Below are positions 1 through 10,889 of a DNA stretch of 42,739 bases, in pieces. Under the pieces are notes generated by a model. It saw only the letters and a list, made by a program, of their open reading frames with translations, had not been told where the DNA came from and searched no databases. The position numbers and the translations under genes were made by a program. This DNA is from Gaiellaceae bacterium (GTDB lineage: Bacteria; Actinomycetota; Thermoleophilia; Gaiellales; Gaiellaceae), in assembly GCA_035605555.1 (NCBI GenBank), contig DASTHD010000056.1, positions 1 through 42,739 of the forward strand. Direction: 5' to 3'. Positions within the stretch are counted from its first letter, which is position 1. Each line of letters begins with the position of its first letter.

Positions 1-323
1 ATCACGAGCAGGAGCAGGAAGATCAACCCGGCGTAGAGCACCTTGCGGTAGCGCCGGTAGTACTCGGGGTCGACGAAGAGCACGCCGATCATCCCCAGCG
101 ACCCGACGACGGCGAAGATCAGCTGCCGGTAGACGTAGTACTCGGGGTCGCCGGCGACGTCGTGGCGCGTGACGCCGTCCACGGCCCAGAGCCCGTAGCC
201 GACAAGCGCGATCAGCGCGGCGAACATGACCCAGTCGAGCCGTCGCAGGAACGCAACCGCCCCGACAGCCTCTCGGCGGCGGCGCCGGACGCGCGGACTC
301 AGTGGGGCTGCGTAATCAGTCAC
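1..323 (-). CDS. rodA: SEDS-family peptidoglycan glycosyltransferase RodA, N-terminal ~107 codons only (gene runs off the left edge)
   Basis: Hand translation of the minus strand from GTG at 323 gives VTDYAAPLSPRVRRRRREAVGAVAFLRRLDWVMFAALIALVGYGLWAVDGVTRHDVAGDPEYYVYRQLIFAVVGSLGMIGVLF... This is the LDW-TM1 / YxxRQ-TM2 pattern of RodA/FtsW. The start overlaps the mrdA stop by 8 nt and the gene sits directly after mreBCD-mrdA. It is absent from the ORF track because it has no stop in the window. Confidence 0.8.
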   Translation of the reverse strand, partial: MTDYAAPLSPRVRRRRREAVGAVAFLRRLDWVMFAALIALVGYGLWAVDGVTRHDVAGDPEYYVYRQLIFAVVGSLGMIGVLFVDPEYYRRYRKVLYAGLIFLLLLV

Positions 324-2274
324 TGGGCACGTAGGTCTGGAAGCTCGCTCGCTTCCCGAAGTAGCTCTCGAACACCTTGAGCGCGGCCGGCGCCGCGGCC
401 GTTCCGCCGTGGCCGCCGTTTTCGATCAGCGCGCAGACGACGAGCTCGGCCTTCCCTGTCGGGCCGTAACCGCACCACCAGGACTGGTCGAACATGATCC
501 CGTTGACGCTCTTCTCGGCCGTTCCGGTCTTGCCGGCGATCGGCACCGGAAACGCGCCGAAGACGCCGGACGACGTGCCGTAGGAGGCGTGGGTCGCCTC
601 GTAGAGGCCCTCCTGTACCGCGCGAAGCTCGTCGGGCCGGACGTTCACCTGGTGCGGCGGCGGCGAGAAGATCGCCTTGACGGCGCCGCGGTTCCCGGCC
701 TGCTCCACGCTGGAGACCACGTGCGGCGTCACGAGCTTGCCGCCGTTGGCGACGAGCGCGTAAAACCGCGCCATCTGAAGCGGTGTCACGAGCAGGTCCT
801 TCTGGCCGATCGCCAGCTGGACCGAGTCGCCGGACTTCCAGAGCTTGTCGATCTCGCTCGAGAAGGCCCTCCGGCGCCACTGCGGCGTCGGCAACAGACC
901 GGGCTCCTCGCCGCCGACGTCGAAGCCGGTCTGCTTGCCGAACCCGACGGCCCCGGCCCACTCCTGGAGCGGGCTGCCGTACTGGGCCGGCAGGTTGTAG
1001 AAGTCGAGACCCAGTTGGTAGAAGTACGTGTCGCACGACGCGGCGAGCGCGTGGGTCAGCGTCATCGACTCGTTCGCGTAGGGGTCCCAGTTCTTGAAGG
1101 TCGTCCCGTCGATCTTCATCGAGCCCGTGCAGGAGAGCGGCGTGTACGCCGAGACCAGCCGGTTGTGCATCGCGGCGAGAGCGGTCACCGGCTTCCAGGT
1201 CGAGCCCGGCGGGTAGAGCCCGGACGTTGCGCGGTTCAGCCCGGGGTAGTTCTGCTCCTTCGCCGTCTCCTGATCGAGCAGCGGTTTGAGGTTGCGCGGG
1301 TTGACCTTGCCGACGTAGATCCGGGGATCGAACGTGGGTGAGGACGCCATCGCCTTCACCGCGCCGGTGCGCGGGTCGAGCGCGACGATCGCACCGCCGT
1401 CGGCGGCCCACTGGTGGTCGTTGCGGGCGACCTGGATCCCGTAGGCGAGCGCCTTCTGCGCCGCGTACTGCAGGTCGGCGTCGAGCGTCAGCCGGACGGC
1501 CAGCCCCATCTCCGAGAAGGCGCTGAAGCGAGGGCGGCCGCGCGGCCGGCCGAGTGAGTCGACACGCAGCACCGCCTGGCCGGCGCGGCCGCGGAGGTAC
1601 CGGTCGAACGTCGACTCGATCCCGCTCTGGCCGACGTGGTCCCCGTTCAGGTACTTCTTGCTCTTCACCTGCTCGGGCGTGACCGAGCCGACGTGGCCGA
1701 GCAGCTGCGCCGCCAGCGAGCCGAGCGGGTAGTCGCGCAGGTAGGTCTCCTCGATCGTCAGGCCCGGGAACTCCCGCTGTCGCTCGCGCAGATAGACGGC
1801 GACGTTCTTCGTGACGTCCTCCTCCAGGGTGACCGGCTTCAGCGGGTCTGCCTTCGCCTGCTCGCGGAACCGCTGCTGGAGCTCCGCCGCAGGGACGCCG
1901 AGGATGGCGCTCAGCTTGCGGAAGAACCGCGGGCGCTGGCGCCGCGGCAGGCTCGCCGGCCAGACGCGAACCACGAGCGCGAGCTTGTTGCCGACGATGG
2001 TGCGACCCTTGTCGTCGTAGATCGGCCCGCGCGGCGCCTCGATCCGGATCGTCCGCAGCTGGTTGTTCTGCGCTGCGGCGAGGTACTGCTCGCCGGCAAG
2101 CACCTGCAGCGCCCAGAGACGGAAGAACAGGACCGCGAAGACGAAGAGAACGATCGCGCCGAGCACGCCGAGTCGGAGCGCGATCTGCGGCGTCATCCGG
2201 TACGGGCCTTCGACGCCAGGCGTGCGCGGCATGAAGCGCGTGCGGTTCGGCGGGATCCGGGTGACTGTCGCCAT
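316..2274 (-). CDS. mrdA: Penicillin-binding protein 2 (elongasome class B transpeptidase)
   Basis: 652-aa ORF with an N-terminal TM anchor and transpeptidase motifs S-T-W-K (PGSTWKP), S-C-D and K-T-G (AGKTGTAE). It lies between mreD and rodA, and its start shares 1 nt with the mreD stop (TGATG). Confidence 0.93.
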   Translation of the reverse strand: MATVTRIPPNRTRFMPRTPGVEGPYRMTPQIALRLGVLGAIVLFVFAVLFFRLWALQVLAGEQYLAAAQNNQLRTIRIEAPRGPIYDDKGRTIVGNKLALVVRVWPASLPRRQRPRFFRKLSAILGVPAAELQQRFREQAKADPLKPVTLEEDVTKNVAVYLRERQREFPGLTIEETYLRDYPLGSLAAQLLGHVGSVTPEQVKSKKYLNGDHVGQSGIESTFDRYLRGRAGQAVLRVDSLGRPRGRPRFSAFSEMGLAVRLTLDADLQYAAQKALAYGIQVARNDHQWAADGGAIVALDPRTGAVKAMASSPTFDPRIYVGKVNPRNLKPLLDQETAKEQNYPGLNRATSGLYPPGSTWKPVTALAAMHNRLVSAYTPLSCTGSMKIDGTTFKNWDPYANESMTLTHALAASCDTYFYQLGLDFYNLPAQYGSPLQEWAGAVGFGKQTGFDVGGEEPGLLPTPQWRRRAFSSEIDKLWKSGDSVQLAIGQKDLLVTPLQMARFYALVANGGKLVTPHVVSSVEQAGNRGAVKAIFSPPPHQVNVRPDELRAVQEGLYEATHASYGTSSGVFGAFPVPIAGKTGTAEKSVNGIMFDQSWWCGYGPTGKAELVVCALIENGGHGGTAAAPAALKVFESYFGKRASFQTYVPSD

Positions 2275-2798
2275 CAGTGCGTCCCGAATTCGACTTCCAT
2301 CGCAGAGCGCGAGCCGGGCCGCGTGAAGATCCGGCGGCAGAGCGCGTAGACCGGGATCGTCAGGGCGAGGTTGAGCACGATCTGCGCCGGGAGGGCGTCG
2401 ATCAATCCGGCGCGGACGGACACGGGATCGCCCAGCAAGTAGTGCATGCCGAGGTCGCCGAGCGAGTAGAGGACGGTCACGACGGCGATCGCGAGCAGCG
2501 GCGCGTGCGCGCGGTCGCGGCCGGTCGTCTCGCCGTAGCGCCCGATCCAGTAGCCGGCCAGCGTCAGCAGCAGGGAGCTCGTGCCGAGCGTCTGCAGGTT
2601 GGCCGCGTCCACAAGGAACCCCGCGTAGAAGCCCGCAGCGGCGCCGAAGATCGAGCCGCGGAGGAGCGCCACCGCCGTGAGCGTGACGAGGACGAGGTCG
2701 GCCGACCCCCCGCCCGGTTCGATCCCCGAGAGGACCGCGCTTTGCAGCACGACCGCTGCGAAGAAGACGACGCCGGCCTTGAGGACGTCCGAGAGCAC
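2274..2798 (-). CDS. mreD: Rod shape-determining protein MreD
   Basis: 174-aa polytopic hydrophobic protein with a GTG start, 1 nt after the mreC stop. Canonical mreB-mreC-mreD order. Confidence 0.85.
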   Translation of the reverse strand: MLSDVLKAGVVFFAAVVLQSAVLSGIEPGGGSADLVLVTLTAVALLRGSIFGAAAGFYAGFLVDAANLQTLGTSSLLLTLAGYWIGRYGETTGRDRAHAPLLAIAVVTVLYSLGDLGMHYLLGDPVSVRAGLIDALPAQIVLNLALTIPVYALCRRIFTRPGSRSAMEVEFGTH

Positions 2799-2799
2799 G

Positions 2800-3759
2800 T
2801 CAGCGGCCCCGGCTCTTCGGCACGAGGATCCAGACGGAGCTCACCGAGGAGAAATCGGCGAGCGGCGCGACCTGCACCGACTGGTAGATGTCGACGTCGG
2901 ACTGGCTCCTCGACGTTACCGTCCCGATCGGGATGTCCTTCGGGAAGAGCGACGGGAGCTTCCCGCTCCGCCTGCCCGCGGTGTAGATCAGGTCCCGTTC
3001 CCGGACCACCTCGTCCTTCGGGACGAGGTCGAAGATCAGCGACTCGCCGGAGCCCTGGCCGTGGCTGACGAGCCCGAAGGTTCCCGTGTAGGCGTCGTAG
3101 CCGGAGATGGCGAAGCTCGAGTCGGTCAAGAGCGTCACCTGGGCGGTCGAGGGTGTCGTCTTGGTGACGTTGCCGACGAGATAGCCGGAGCTGTCGACCA
3201 CCGGGTCGTAGAGGCGGATGCCGTCGTTTCGGCCGGCGGTGACGACGAGCTCCTGCTGGAACTCGGTCGCACCGCTCGAGATCACCGCGGCGCCGACCTG
3301 GTCGCAGCAGGCCGGAAAGGTTGGGCCCGCCCGGTACCGGAGCGCCTTGCGCAGCTCGCGGTTCTCGCGTGCGGCGGTCATGTTCTGGGCGGCCTGGATC
3401 TCCAGGAGCTTGAGCTGCTCCTTCAACTTCTCGTTCTCTGACTTCGCATGGACGAAGCCCGCCGCCCAGCCGTAGGTGTCCTGGAACGGCCTCGCGACCC
3501 GCTCGGCGCCGATCTGGAAGGGACGCAGGACGGTGGCGGCGGCGCCCTGGACGCCGTGGAGCGGCCCGTTCTCCGACTCCCGGAAGTACCCCGTGATCAC
3601 GATCAGCGAGATCGCGACGAGGACGCCGGCGAGCACTCGGCGGCGAAGGGCGCGGGCGCTCGCCGACCTCGACGAGGAGTACGCCGGGGAGGCGGCCCGC
3701 TGAACCGTCGAGCCCAGTGCCGCCAGCCGCATGCTGCGGTTACGAGGCACGAACGACAA
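2800..3759 (-). CDS. mreC: Rod shape-determining protein MreC
   Basis: 319 aa with a TTG start. Has an N-terminal TM helix (VLAGVLVAISLIVITGYF), a coiled coil (ENEKLKEQLKLLEIQAAQ) and a C-terminal beta-rich domain. Position follows mreB. Confidence 0.9.
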   Translation of the reverse strand: MSFVPRNRSMRLAALGSTVQRAASPAYSSSRSASARALRRRVLAGVLVAISLIVITGYFRESENGPLHGVQGAAATVLRPFQIGAERVARPFQDTYGWAAGFVHAKSENEKLKEQLKLLEIQAAQNMTAARENRELRKALRYRAGPTFPACCDQVGAAVISSGATEFQQELVVTAGRNDGIRLYDPVVDSSGYLVGNVTKTTPSTAQVTLLTDSSFAISGYDAYTGTFGLVSHGQGSGESLIFDLVPKDEVVRERDLIYTAGRRSGKLPSLFPKDIPIGTVTSRSQSDVDIYQSVQVAPLADFSSVSSVWILVPKSRGR

Positions 3760-3806
3760 GTGTAGGAGAGACGTCGGGCAGATTTCCCCTTCCCCCGAGC
3801 GGGGAG

Positions 3807-5442
<1,636 letters not shown>

Positions 5443-5446
<4 letters not shown>

Positions 5447-6210
5447 GCGGCCTTGCGCGCGACCCAGATCTCCTCGGCGGGCCAGCGTCGCGCCCAGTCC
5501 GCCGGGACGAAGTCGTAGTACTCGTGATCCGCTGCGGGCGCGGAAGCAAGCCGCTCGTGGAGCGCCTCGACCACGAACCCGTTGGCGCGGAGGATTCGAA
5601 TCAGCTCTCCGTGGGACAGGTGGTAGTTGACGCCCTCGTCCTCGCCGGGCCACTCGAACCGGCCGAGCTCGGCGTGAGAGCGGAGGAGTCGCTCCTCCAC
5701 CTTCCCCTCGTCCGGTGCGCAGAGGATCGAGAGGGCCGAGTTGCAGAGGAACGCGAGCCGACCGCCCGGCCGGAGCAGCCGCGCCGCCTCCGCGATCCAC
5801 AGCTCCGGGTCGCACCAGATCGAGGCGCCGTACTCGGAGACGGCGAGGTCGAAGCTCGCATCCGGCAGCGGAACGTCCTCGGCGCTCGCCTCGATCAGCT
5901 CGAGCGGGAGCTCGAACTCCTCACTCATCCGGCGCGCCGTCTCCAGCTGGGCGGGCGTGACGTCGATACCGGTGACTCGCGCGCCGCGCTTGGCGAGCCA
6001 GGCGCCGAAGTAGGCCGTGCCGCAGCCGAGCTCGATCACGTCTTTCCCCGCCACGTCGCCGAGAGCGCCGATCTCGGACTCCGGCCCGGAGAACATGCCC
6101 CAGTCGATCTCGTCCTTGGCCCAGGATTCGCGCGCCTTGCGGTCCGTGTACTCCGCATTGGCCTTCGTCCAGACCTCGCGGTTCTTGAGCGCGTCGTCAG
6201 CGTGCGTCAT
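5443..6210 (-). CDS. Class I SAM-dependent methyltransferase
   Basis: 255 aa. SAM-binding motif [26 protein letters not shown] and the post-I acidic residue are present. The start overlaps the ndk 3-prime end by 14 nt. Confidence 0.85.
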
Positions 6211-6613
6211 CGGGGAACCACAGCGCGATCTCCCGCTCTGCCGACTCCGGGGAGTCGGAGCCGTGCACGAGGTTGTCGGGCATCGACAGCGAGAGGTCGC
6301 CGCGGATCGTCCCCGGCGCCGCGTCGGCGGGGTTCGTCGCCCCCATCGTCGTCCGGACGGTTGCGATCGCGCCTTCGCCCTCGACGACGAGGGCGAGCGT
6401 CGGCCCGGAGGTGATGAACTCGATCAACTCGCCGAAGAACGGCTTCTCGGTGTGCTCGGCATAGTGCTGCTCCGCGAGCGGGCGGTCGACCGTCAGGAGC
6501 CGGGTTGCGCGCAGCTCCAGTCCCCGGCGCTCGAGCCGGCCGACGATCTCGCCGGCGAGCTGCCGACGCATCGCGTCCGGCTTGACCAGCACGAGTGTCC
6601 GCTCCGCGGCCAT
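6197..6613 (-). CDS. ndk: Nucleoside diphosphate kinase
   Basis: 138 aa, [11 protein letters not shown]...GTIRGD...NLVHGSDS (active-site His motif). Confidence 0.95.
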   Translation of the reverse strand: MAAERTLVLVKPDAMRRQLAGEIVGRLERRGLELRATRLLTVDRPLAEQHYAEHTEKPFFGELIEFITSGPTLALVVEGEGAIATVRTTMGATNPADAAPGTIRGDLSLSMPDNLVHGSDSPESAEREIALWFPDDAR

Positions 6614-6640
6614 GGAGCGGGAGAGGTTAGCGGCGCTCTG

Positions 6641-7144
6641 CTAGGCGGGTCGTTCGCGCTGCGGGGCGGGCGGGAACTCGATCGTGGTCGGCGTCTCGAC
6701 CGGCGTCTCGCAGTACGGGCACACCTGCCAGAGTGTCTCGAGCGGCGCCTTGCAGTTGACGCAGGCCTGCCGAAGCTTCGTCGTGCAGACGGGGCAGACG
6801 AGGTACGAGTCCTCGACGTGGGCGCGACAGACGGGGCAGTGCAGCTCGCGCCGCGCCAGGCGCTCCTCCATCGCCTTGATCTCGAGCTCACGCTCCCGGA
6901 CGTCGTCAAGGTATTCCGGGGGCCGGAAGAGCATGTAGATCAGCACGCCCAGAATCGGGATCAGGCCGAGGATCGTCGCGATCGCGATCAGCCACGGATC
7001 CTCGATCCGGCGGCGTACGTCCTTGAACACCCAGTAGGCGAGCGCCAGCCAGAAGACGACGAGGAAGAAGATGCCGAGGTTCCGCGCGACGACCCACGAT
7101 TCGGAGCCGAAGAAATCGCGGAGGTTCTCGAAGACGTCGTTCAC
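6641..7144 (-). CDS. Membrane protein with a PLDc_N-like two-helix N-terminus and a C-terminal double zinc ribbon
   Basis: 167 aa. WLALAYWVFKDVRRRIEDPWLIAIATILGLIPILGVLIYMLFRP resembles the PLD N-terminal membrane domain. It is followed by four CxxC pairs: CPVC..CPVC, CVNC..CPYC. Confidence 0.75.
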   Translation of the reverse strand: MNDVFENLRDFFGSESWVVARNLGIFFLVVFWLALAYWVFKDVRRRIEDPWLIAIATILGLIPILGVLIYMLFRPPEYLDDVRERELEIKAMEERLARRELHCPVCRAHVEDSYLVCPVCTTKLRQACVNCKAPLETLWQVCPYCETPVETPTTIEFPPAPQRERPA

Positions 7145-7153
7145 CTGGTCACC

Positions 7154-7267
7154 TCAGAGCAGCAGCTGTCCCACCACGTACCCGACGGCGAAAGCGAGCC
7201 CGATGATCGCCAGCACCACCGCGGCCGCGAACGCGAACACGCTCAGCCGCTCCGCAACCTTCGTCAT
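7154..7267 (-). CDS. Small single-pass membrane protein (37 aa), hypothetical
   Basis: Internal ATG of the 165-aa track ORF gives MTKVAERLSVFAFAAAVVLAIIGLAFAVGYVVGQLLL. The rest of that ORF is Arg/Ser/Pro-rich and overlaps folC. This fills the folC-ndk gap, where related actinobacteria carry a small membrane protein. Confidence 0.45.
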   Translation of the reverse strand: MTKVAERLSVFAFAAAVVLAIIGLAFAVGYVVGQLLL

Positions 7268-7307
7268 CGTACGTTTTCTTCCTTTGCGACGGGTACGCGG
7301 CGCGGGC

Positions 7308-8381
7308 CTACGAGAGGTCCGCGAGGAGGTAGAGCGACCCGGTGACGAGGATGCCCCCACGGGTGGATTCTCGCGCCCGGGTGAGAGCGGCGTGGGGGTC
7401 CGGTTCGGTGTCGACATGCCCGAAGTGTGGCGCACCGAGACGAGCGAGCTCGGCGGCAGGGAGCGCGCGCGGGTTTCGGGACTGCGTTGCGACCAGGTTC
7501 GGCGCGAGCGAGGCGAGGTCGGCGAGCATCGCGTCGGCGTCCTTGTCGACCAGGATCGAGGCGACGACGACGTCGAACGGGCCATCGGCGTTGTCTCGGA
7601 GCCAGGACGTTCCCGCCGGGTTGTGCGCCCCGTCCCAGAGCTCGCGGCCACGGCGGTCGAGGCGACCGGGGAACGCGAGTGGTTCGGCGGCCGTGTTCCG
7701 GAGGCGGCGACCCAGGAACGCTTCGGCCGCCTCGCGTGCGCCTCCCGTCACGATTTCGGCGCTGTCCGGTACGAGCTCTCGGTACCCGTTGTCCGGCAAG
7801 ACAACTACTCTGGCTGCATGAGCGACCGCCAGCTTCTCCCGCGCGATCTCCTCCGGCGTCTCGCCGAGCACCTCGGTGTGCTCGAGCGAGACGTTCGTCA
7901 GCAGGACGACCTCCGCGTCGACGACGTTCGTCGCGTCCAGGCGGCCGCCGAGCCCCGCCTCGACGACGGCAACGTCGACGCCTCGCCCCTCGAACTCGAC
8001 GAGCGCGGCCGCGGTGAGGGCCTCGAACTGCGTGGCGCCCAGCAGTTCCGCGGCGGGGCGAATCCGCGCCACAGCCGCCTCGAAGTCGGCCTCGGCGCCG
8101 TCGACCCAGATCCGCTCCGCCCAGCCGCTCACGTGTGGCGAGGTGTACGCGCCCGGCCTCCTCCCCTCCGCTCGCAACAGAGCGGCGATCGCCCGCGTCG
8201 CGGTCGACTTGCCGTTCGTCCCGACAACATGAACCGCCGGAAAGGCGCGCTCGGGGTGACCCAGACGCTCGAGCAGGCTCCGCATCCGGTCGAGGCCGAA
8301 CTCCTCCGGCCACGGGCTCAGTGAGGCGATCCACGCCGTCGCCGGCCCGGCGGTGCTAGCCGCTGAGAGCCTCGAGCTCAC
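7308..8381 (-). CDS. folC: Folylpolyglutamate synthase / dihydrofolate synthase
   Basis: P-loop HVVGTNGKSTA and the Mur-ligase-type middle and C-terminal domains are present. I propose the start at in-frame GTG 8381 (357 aa), overlapping the valS 3-prime end by 26 nt. The upstream part of the 445-aa track ORF is antisense-like junk. The start is uncertain. Confidence 0.85.
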   Translation of the reverse strand: MSSRLSAASTAGPATAWIASLSPWPEEFGLDRMRSLLERLGHPERAFPAVHVVGTNGKSTATRAIAALLRAEGRRPGAYTSPHVSGWAERIWVDGAEADFEAAVARIRPAAELLGATQFEALTAAALVEFEGRGVDVAVVEAGLGGRLDATNVVDAEVVLLTNVSLEHTEVLGETPEEIAREKLAVAHAARVVVLPDNGYRELVPDSAEIVTGGAREAAEAFLGRRLRNTAAEPLAFPGRLDRRGRELWDGAHNPAGTSWLRDNADGPFDVVVASILVDKDADAMLADLASLAPNLVATQSRNPRALPAAELARLGAPHFGHVDTEPDPHAALTRARESTRGGILVTGSLYLLADLS

Positions 8382-10773
8382 GCCGGTAGCGGGCGAGCTT
8401 CTCCCGCTCCGCCTCGACCACGTCGGCCGGCGCGCGCTCGACGAAGCGCTCGTTGCCGAGCATCCCCTCGGCCCGCGCGATCTCCCTGCGGAGGCGCTCG
8501 ATCTCGGCGCCGGCATCGCCGTCGGCCTTGACCCGTTGGGGTTTGACGACCGCCTCGAAGATGCGCCGCTCGTCGCCGTCGAGGTTCGCGGCCACCCCGC
8601 TCCGCCGGAAGAGCGCCGCCGTCTCCTGGACGCGGTCGAGCGCATGGAGGTCGCCGGCGAACCGGCCGTCCGGCTGCGGCCAGGGCGCCACGATCAGGCG
8701 CGCCTCGCGGTCGGGCAGCTGCGACCAGATCTCCTCGGTCACGTGCGGCATCACCGGGTGCAGGAGGGCGAGGAGCCGCTCCAGCGTGGCGAGGGCCGTA
8801 CCCCGCACAGCAACGTCCTCGGGATCCTGGAGCCGCGGCTTGATCGCTTCGGCGTACCAGTCGCAGAAGTCGTCGAAGGTCAGGTGGTAGAGCGCGTTCG
8901 CGCCGGCTGCGAACTCGAAGCGGTCCCAGTGCTCCTCGAGTTGCGCGCGGGTCGCATCGAGCCGGGCGAGGATCCAGCGCTCCTCGAGGTCCCGGGGCTC
9001 GAGCGCCGGCCGCGTGTCGCCGGCGTTCGTCAGGATCAGCCGCGCCACGTTCCAGAGCTTGTTCGCGAGCTTGCGCCCCTCCTCGATGAAGCCGGGCGAG
9101 AAGCGCACGTCCTGCGTGGACGACATCTTCAGGAGCCCGTACCGGGTCGCGTCGGCGCCGTGCTCCTCGATCACCTCGTCCGGCTCGATGCCGGTCCCGA
9201 GGCTCTTCGACATCCGGCGGCCGTCCGGTGCCAGCACGAGCGAGTGGATGATCACGTCGTGGAACGGCATGGAGGCGGTGAGCTCCTGGCCGACCATCAT
9301 CATCCGCGCGACCCAGAGGAAGATGATGTCGCGCGCCGTCGAGAGGACGTCGGTCGGGTAGTAGACCTCGTACTCGCGCGTCTGCTCGGGCCACCCGAGC
9401 GTCGCGAACGGCCAGAGCGCGGACGAGAACCACGTGTCGAAGACGTCCTCGTCCTGGGTGAGCTCCGTGGAGCCGCACTCGGCGCAGGCCTCGGGCTCGG
9501 TCTCGGCGATGGTGGTGTGTCCGTTCGGGCAGTACCACGCCGGGATCCGCTGCCCCCACCAGAGCTGGCGCGAGACGTTCCAGGGCCGGATGTTCTCGAG
9601 CCAGTCGAGCGCGACGGTCGCCTGGTTCGACGGTGTGAACTTCACGGAGCCGTTCCGGATCGCGTCGATGGCCGGCTTGGCGAGCTCCGTCATGTCCACG
9701 TACCACTGTTCGGTGATCAGCGGCTCGATCCGGTCCTTGGAGCGGTCGCAGTGCCCGACCGAGTGGCGATACGACTCACGCTGCTCGAGTTGGTCGTGTT
9801 CGCGCAGCCAGTCGAGGATGCGCTCGTCGGCCCTCTGCTGGGTGAGGCCGGCGAGGTCGCCGGCGTTCTGGTTCATCAGGCCGTCCAGCCCGATCACCGT
9901 CAGCTCGGGCAGGTCGTGGTCGCGGCCGATTTCGAAGTCCAGCGCGTCGTGTCCGGGCGTGATCTTCAGCGCACCGGTGCCGAAGGAGGGATCGACCCGT
10001 TCGTCGGCGATGATCGGCACCCGGCGCTCGACGTAGGGCACCACGGCCTCATTGCCTACGAGGTCGCGATAGCGGTCGTCCTCCGGGTGGACCGCCACGG
10101 CGACGTCGCCGAGGATCGTCGCCGGCCGCACCGTGGCGACCGAGATCGAGCCGGAGCCGTCGGCCAGCGGGTAGCGCGCGGTCGTCAGCGCGTCGTCGAC
10201 ATCGCGGTAGGCGACCTCGAGGTCCGACACCGACGTCCGGCAGCCGGGGCACCAGTTCACGATCCGGTTGTCCTTGTACACCCAGCCGCGCTCGTGCAGA
10301 TGCACGAAGAAGCGATAGACGGCGCGGATGTACTCGGGGTCCATCGTGAACCGCTCGCGCGAGTAGTCCAGCGACGCGCCGAGTTTCCGGAGCTGGTCCA
10401 TGATGATCCCGCCGTACTGCTCGAGCCACCGCCAGGTGCGCTCGACGAATGCCTCGCGACCGAGCTCGAACCGGTTCGTGCCCTCCGCGAGCAGCTGGCG
10501 CTCGATCACGGCATGCACCGAGATCGACGCGTGGTCGTAGCCCGGCTGCCAGAGCACGTTGAAGCCGCGCATCCGGTGCCAGCGGATCAGGACGTCCTGC
10601 GTCGACGCGTTCAGCGCGTGCCCCATGTGCAGGTTGCCGGTCACGTTCGGCGGCGGGAGCGCGATCGAGTACGGCTCACCCGGCGCGTCCGGATCGGCGT
10701 GGTAGAGGCCCTCGCCCTCCCACGTCTGCTGCCACCGTTCCTCGACGCCTCTGGGGTTGTAGAGCGTGTCCAT
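8356..10773 (-). CDS. valS: Valine--tRNA ligase
   Basis: 805 aa with HIGH (PNVTGNLHMGHALN), KMSKS (RMSKSLGT), a CP1 editing domain and a C-terminal coiled coil. Confidence 0.95.
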   Translation of the reverse strand: MDTLYNPRGVEERWQQTWEGEGLYHADPDAPGEPYSIALPPPNVTGNLHMGHALNASTQDVLIRWHRMRGFNVLWQPGYDHASISVHAVIERQLLAEGTNRFELGREAFVERTWRWLEQYGGIIMDQLRKLGASLDYSRERFTMDPEYIRAVYRFFVHLHERGWVYKDNRIVNWCPGCRTSVSDLEVAYRDVDDALTTARYPLADGSGSISVATVRPATILGDVAVAVHPEDDRYRDLVGNEAVVPYVERRVPIIADERVDPSFGTGALKITPGHDALDFEIGRDHDLPELTVIGLDGLMNQNAGDLAGLTQQRADERILDWLREHDQLEQRESYRHSVGHCDRSKDRIEPLITEQWYVDMTELAKPAIDAIRNGSVKFTPSNQATVALDWLENIRPWNVSRQLWWGQRIPAWYCPNGHTTIAETEPEACAECGSTELTQDEDVFDTWFSSALWPFATLGWPEQTREYEVYYPTDVLSTARDIIFLWVARMMMVGQELTASMPFHDVIIHSLVLAPDGRRMSKSLGTGIEPDEVIEEHGADATRYGLLKMSSTQDVRFSPGFIEEGRKLANKLWNVARLILTNAGDTRPALEPRDLEERWILARLDATRAQLEEHWDRFEFAAGANALYHLTFDDFCDWYAEAIKPRLQDPEDVAVRGTALATLERLLALLHPVMPHVTEEIWSQLPDREARLIVAPWPQPDGRFAGDLHALDRVQETAALFRRSGVAANLDGDERRIFEAVVKPQRVKADGDAGAEIERLRREIARAEGMLGNERFVERAPADVVEAEREKLARYRRELEALSG

Positions 10774-10889
10774 CTCGGCTCGTGAGTCTTGCTGATCGTC
10801 GCGCGTCGAACCGGCGCCGACCGTCAGGTCGCGCGGAGAAAGCCGGATGTGGTCAGGCAGCGACTATGCGCCCAGTATAGGCAGAGCCG

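Noticed and set aside
8353-10785. 810-aa plus-strand ORF covering the whole of valS in antisense
   Set aside because: It is a typical high-GC antisense shadow ORF, with an Arg/Pro/Gly/Leu-rich low-complexity translation and no motifs. The minus-strand frame encodes an unmistakable ValRS.
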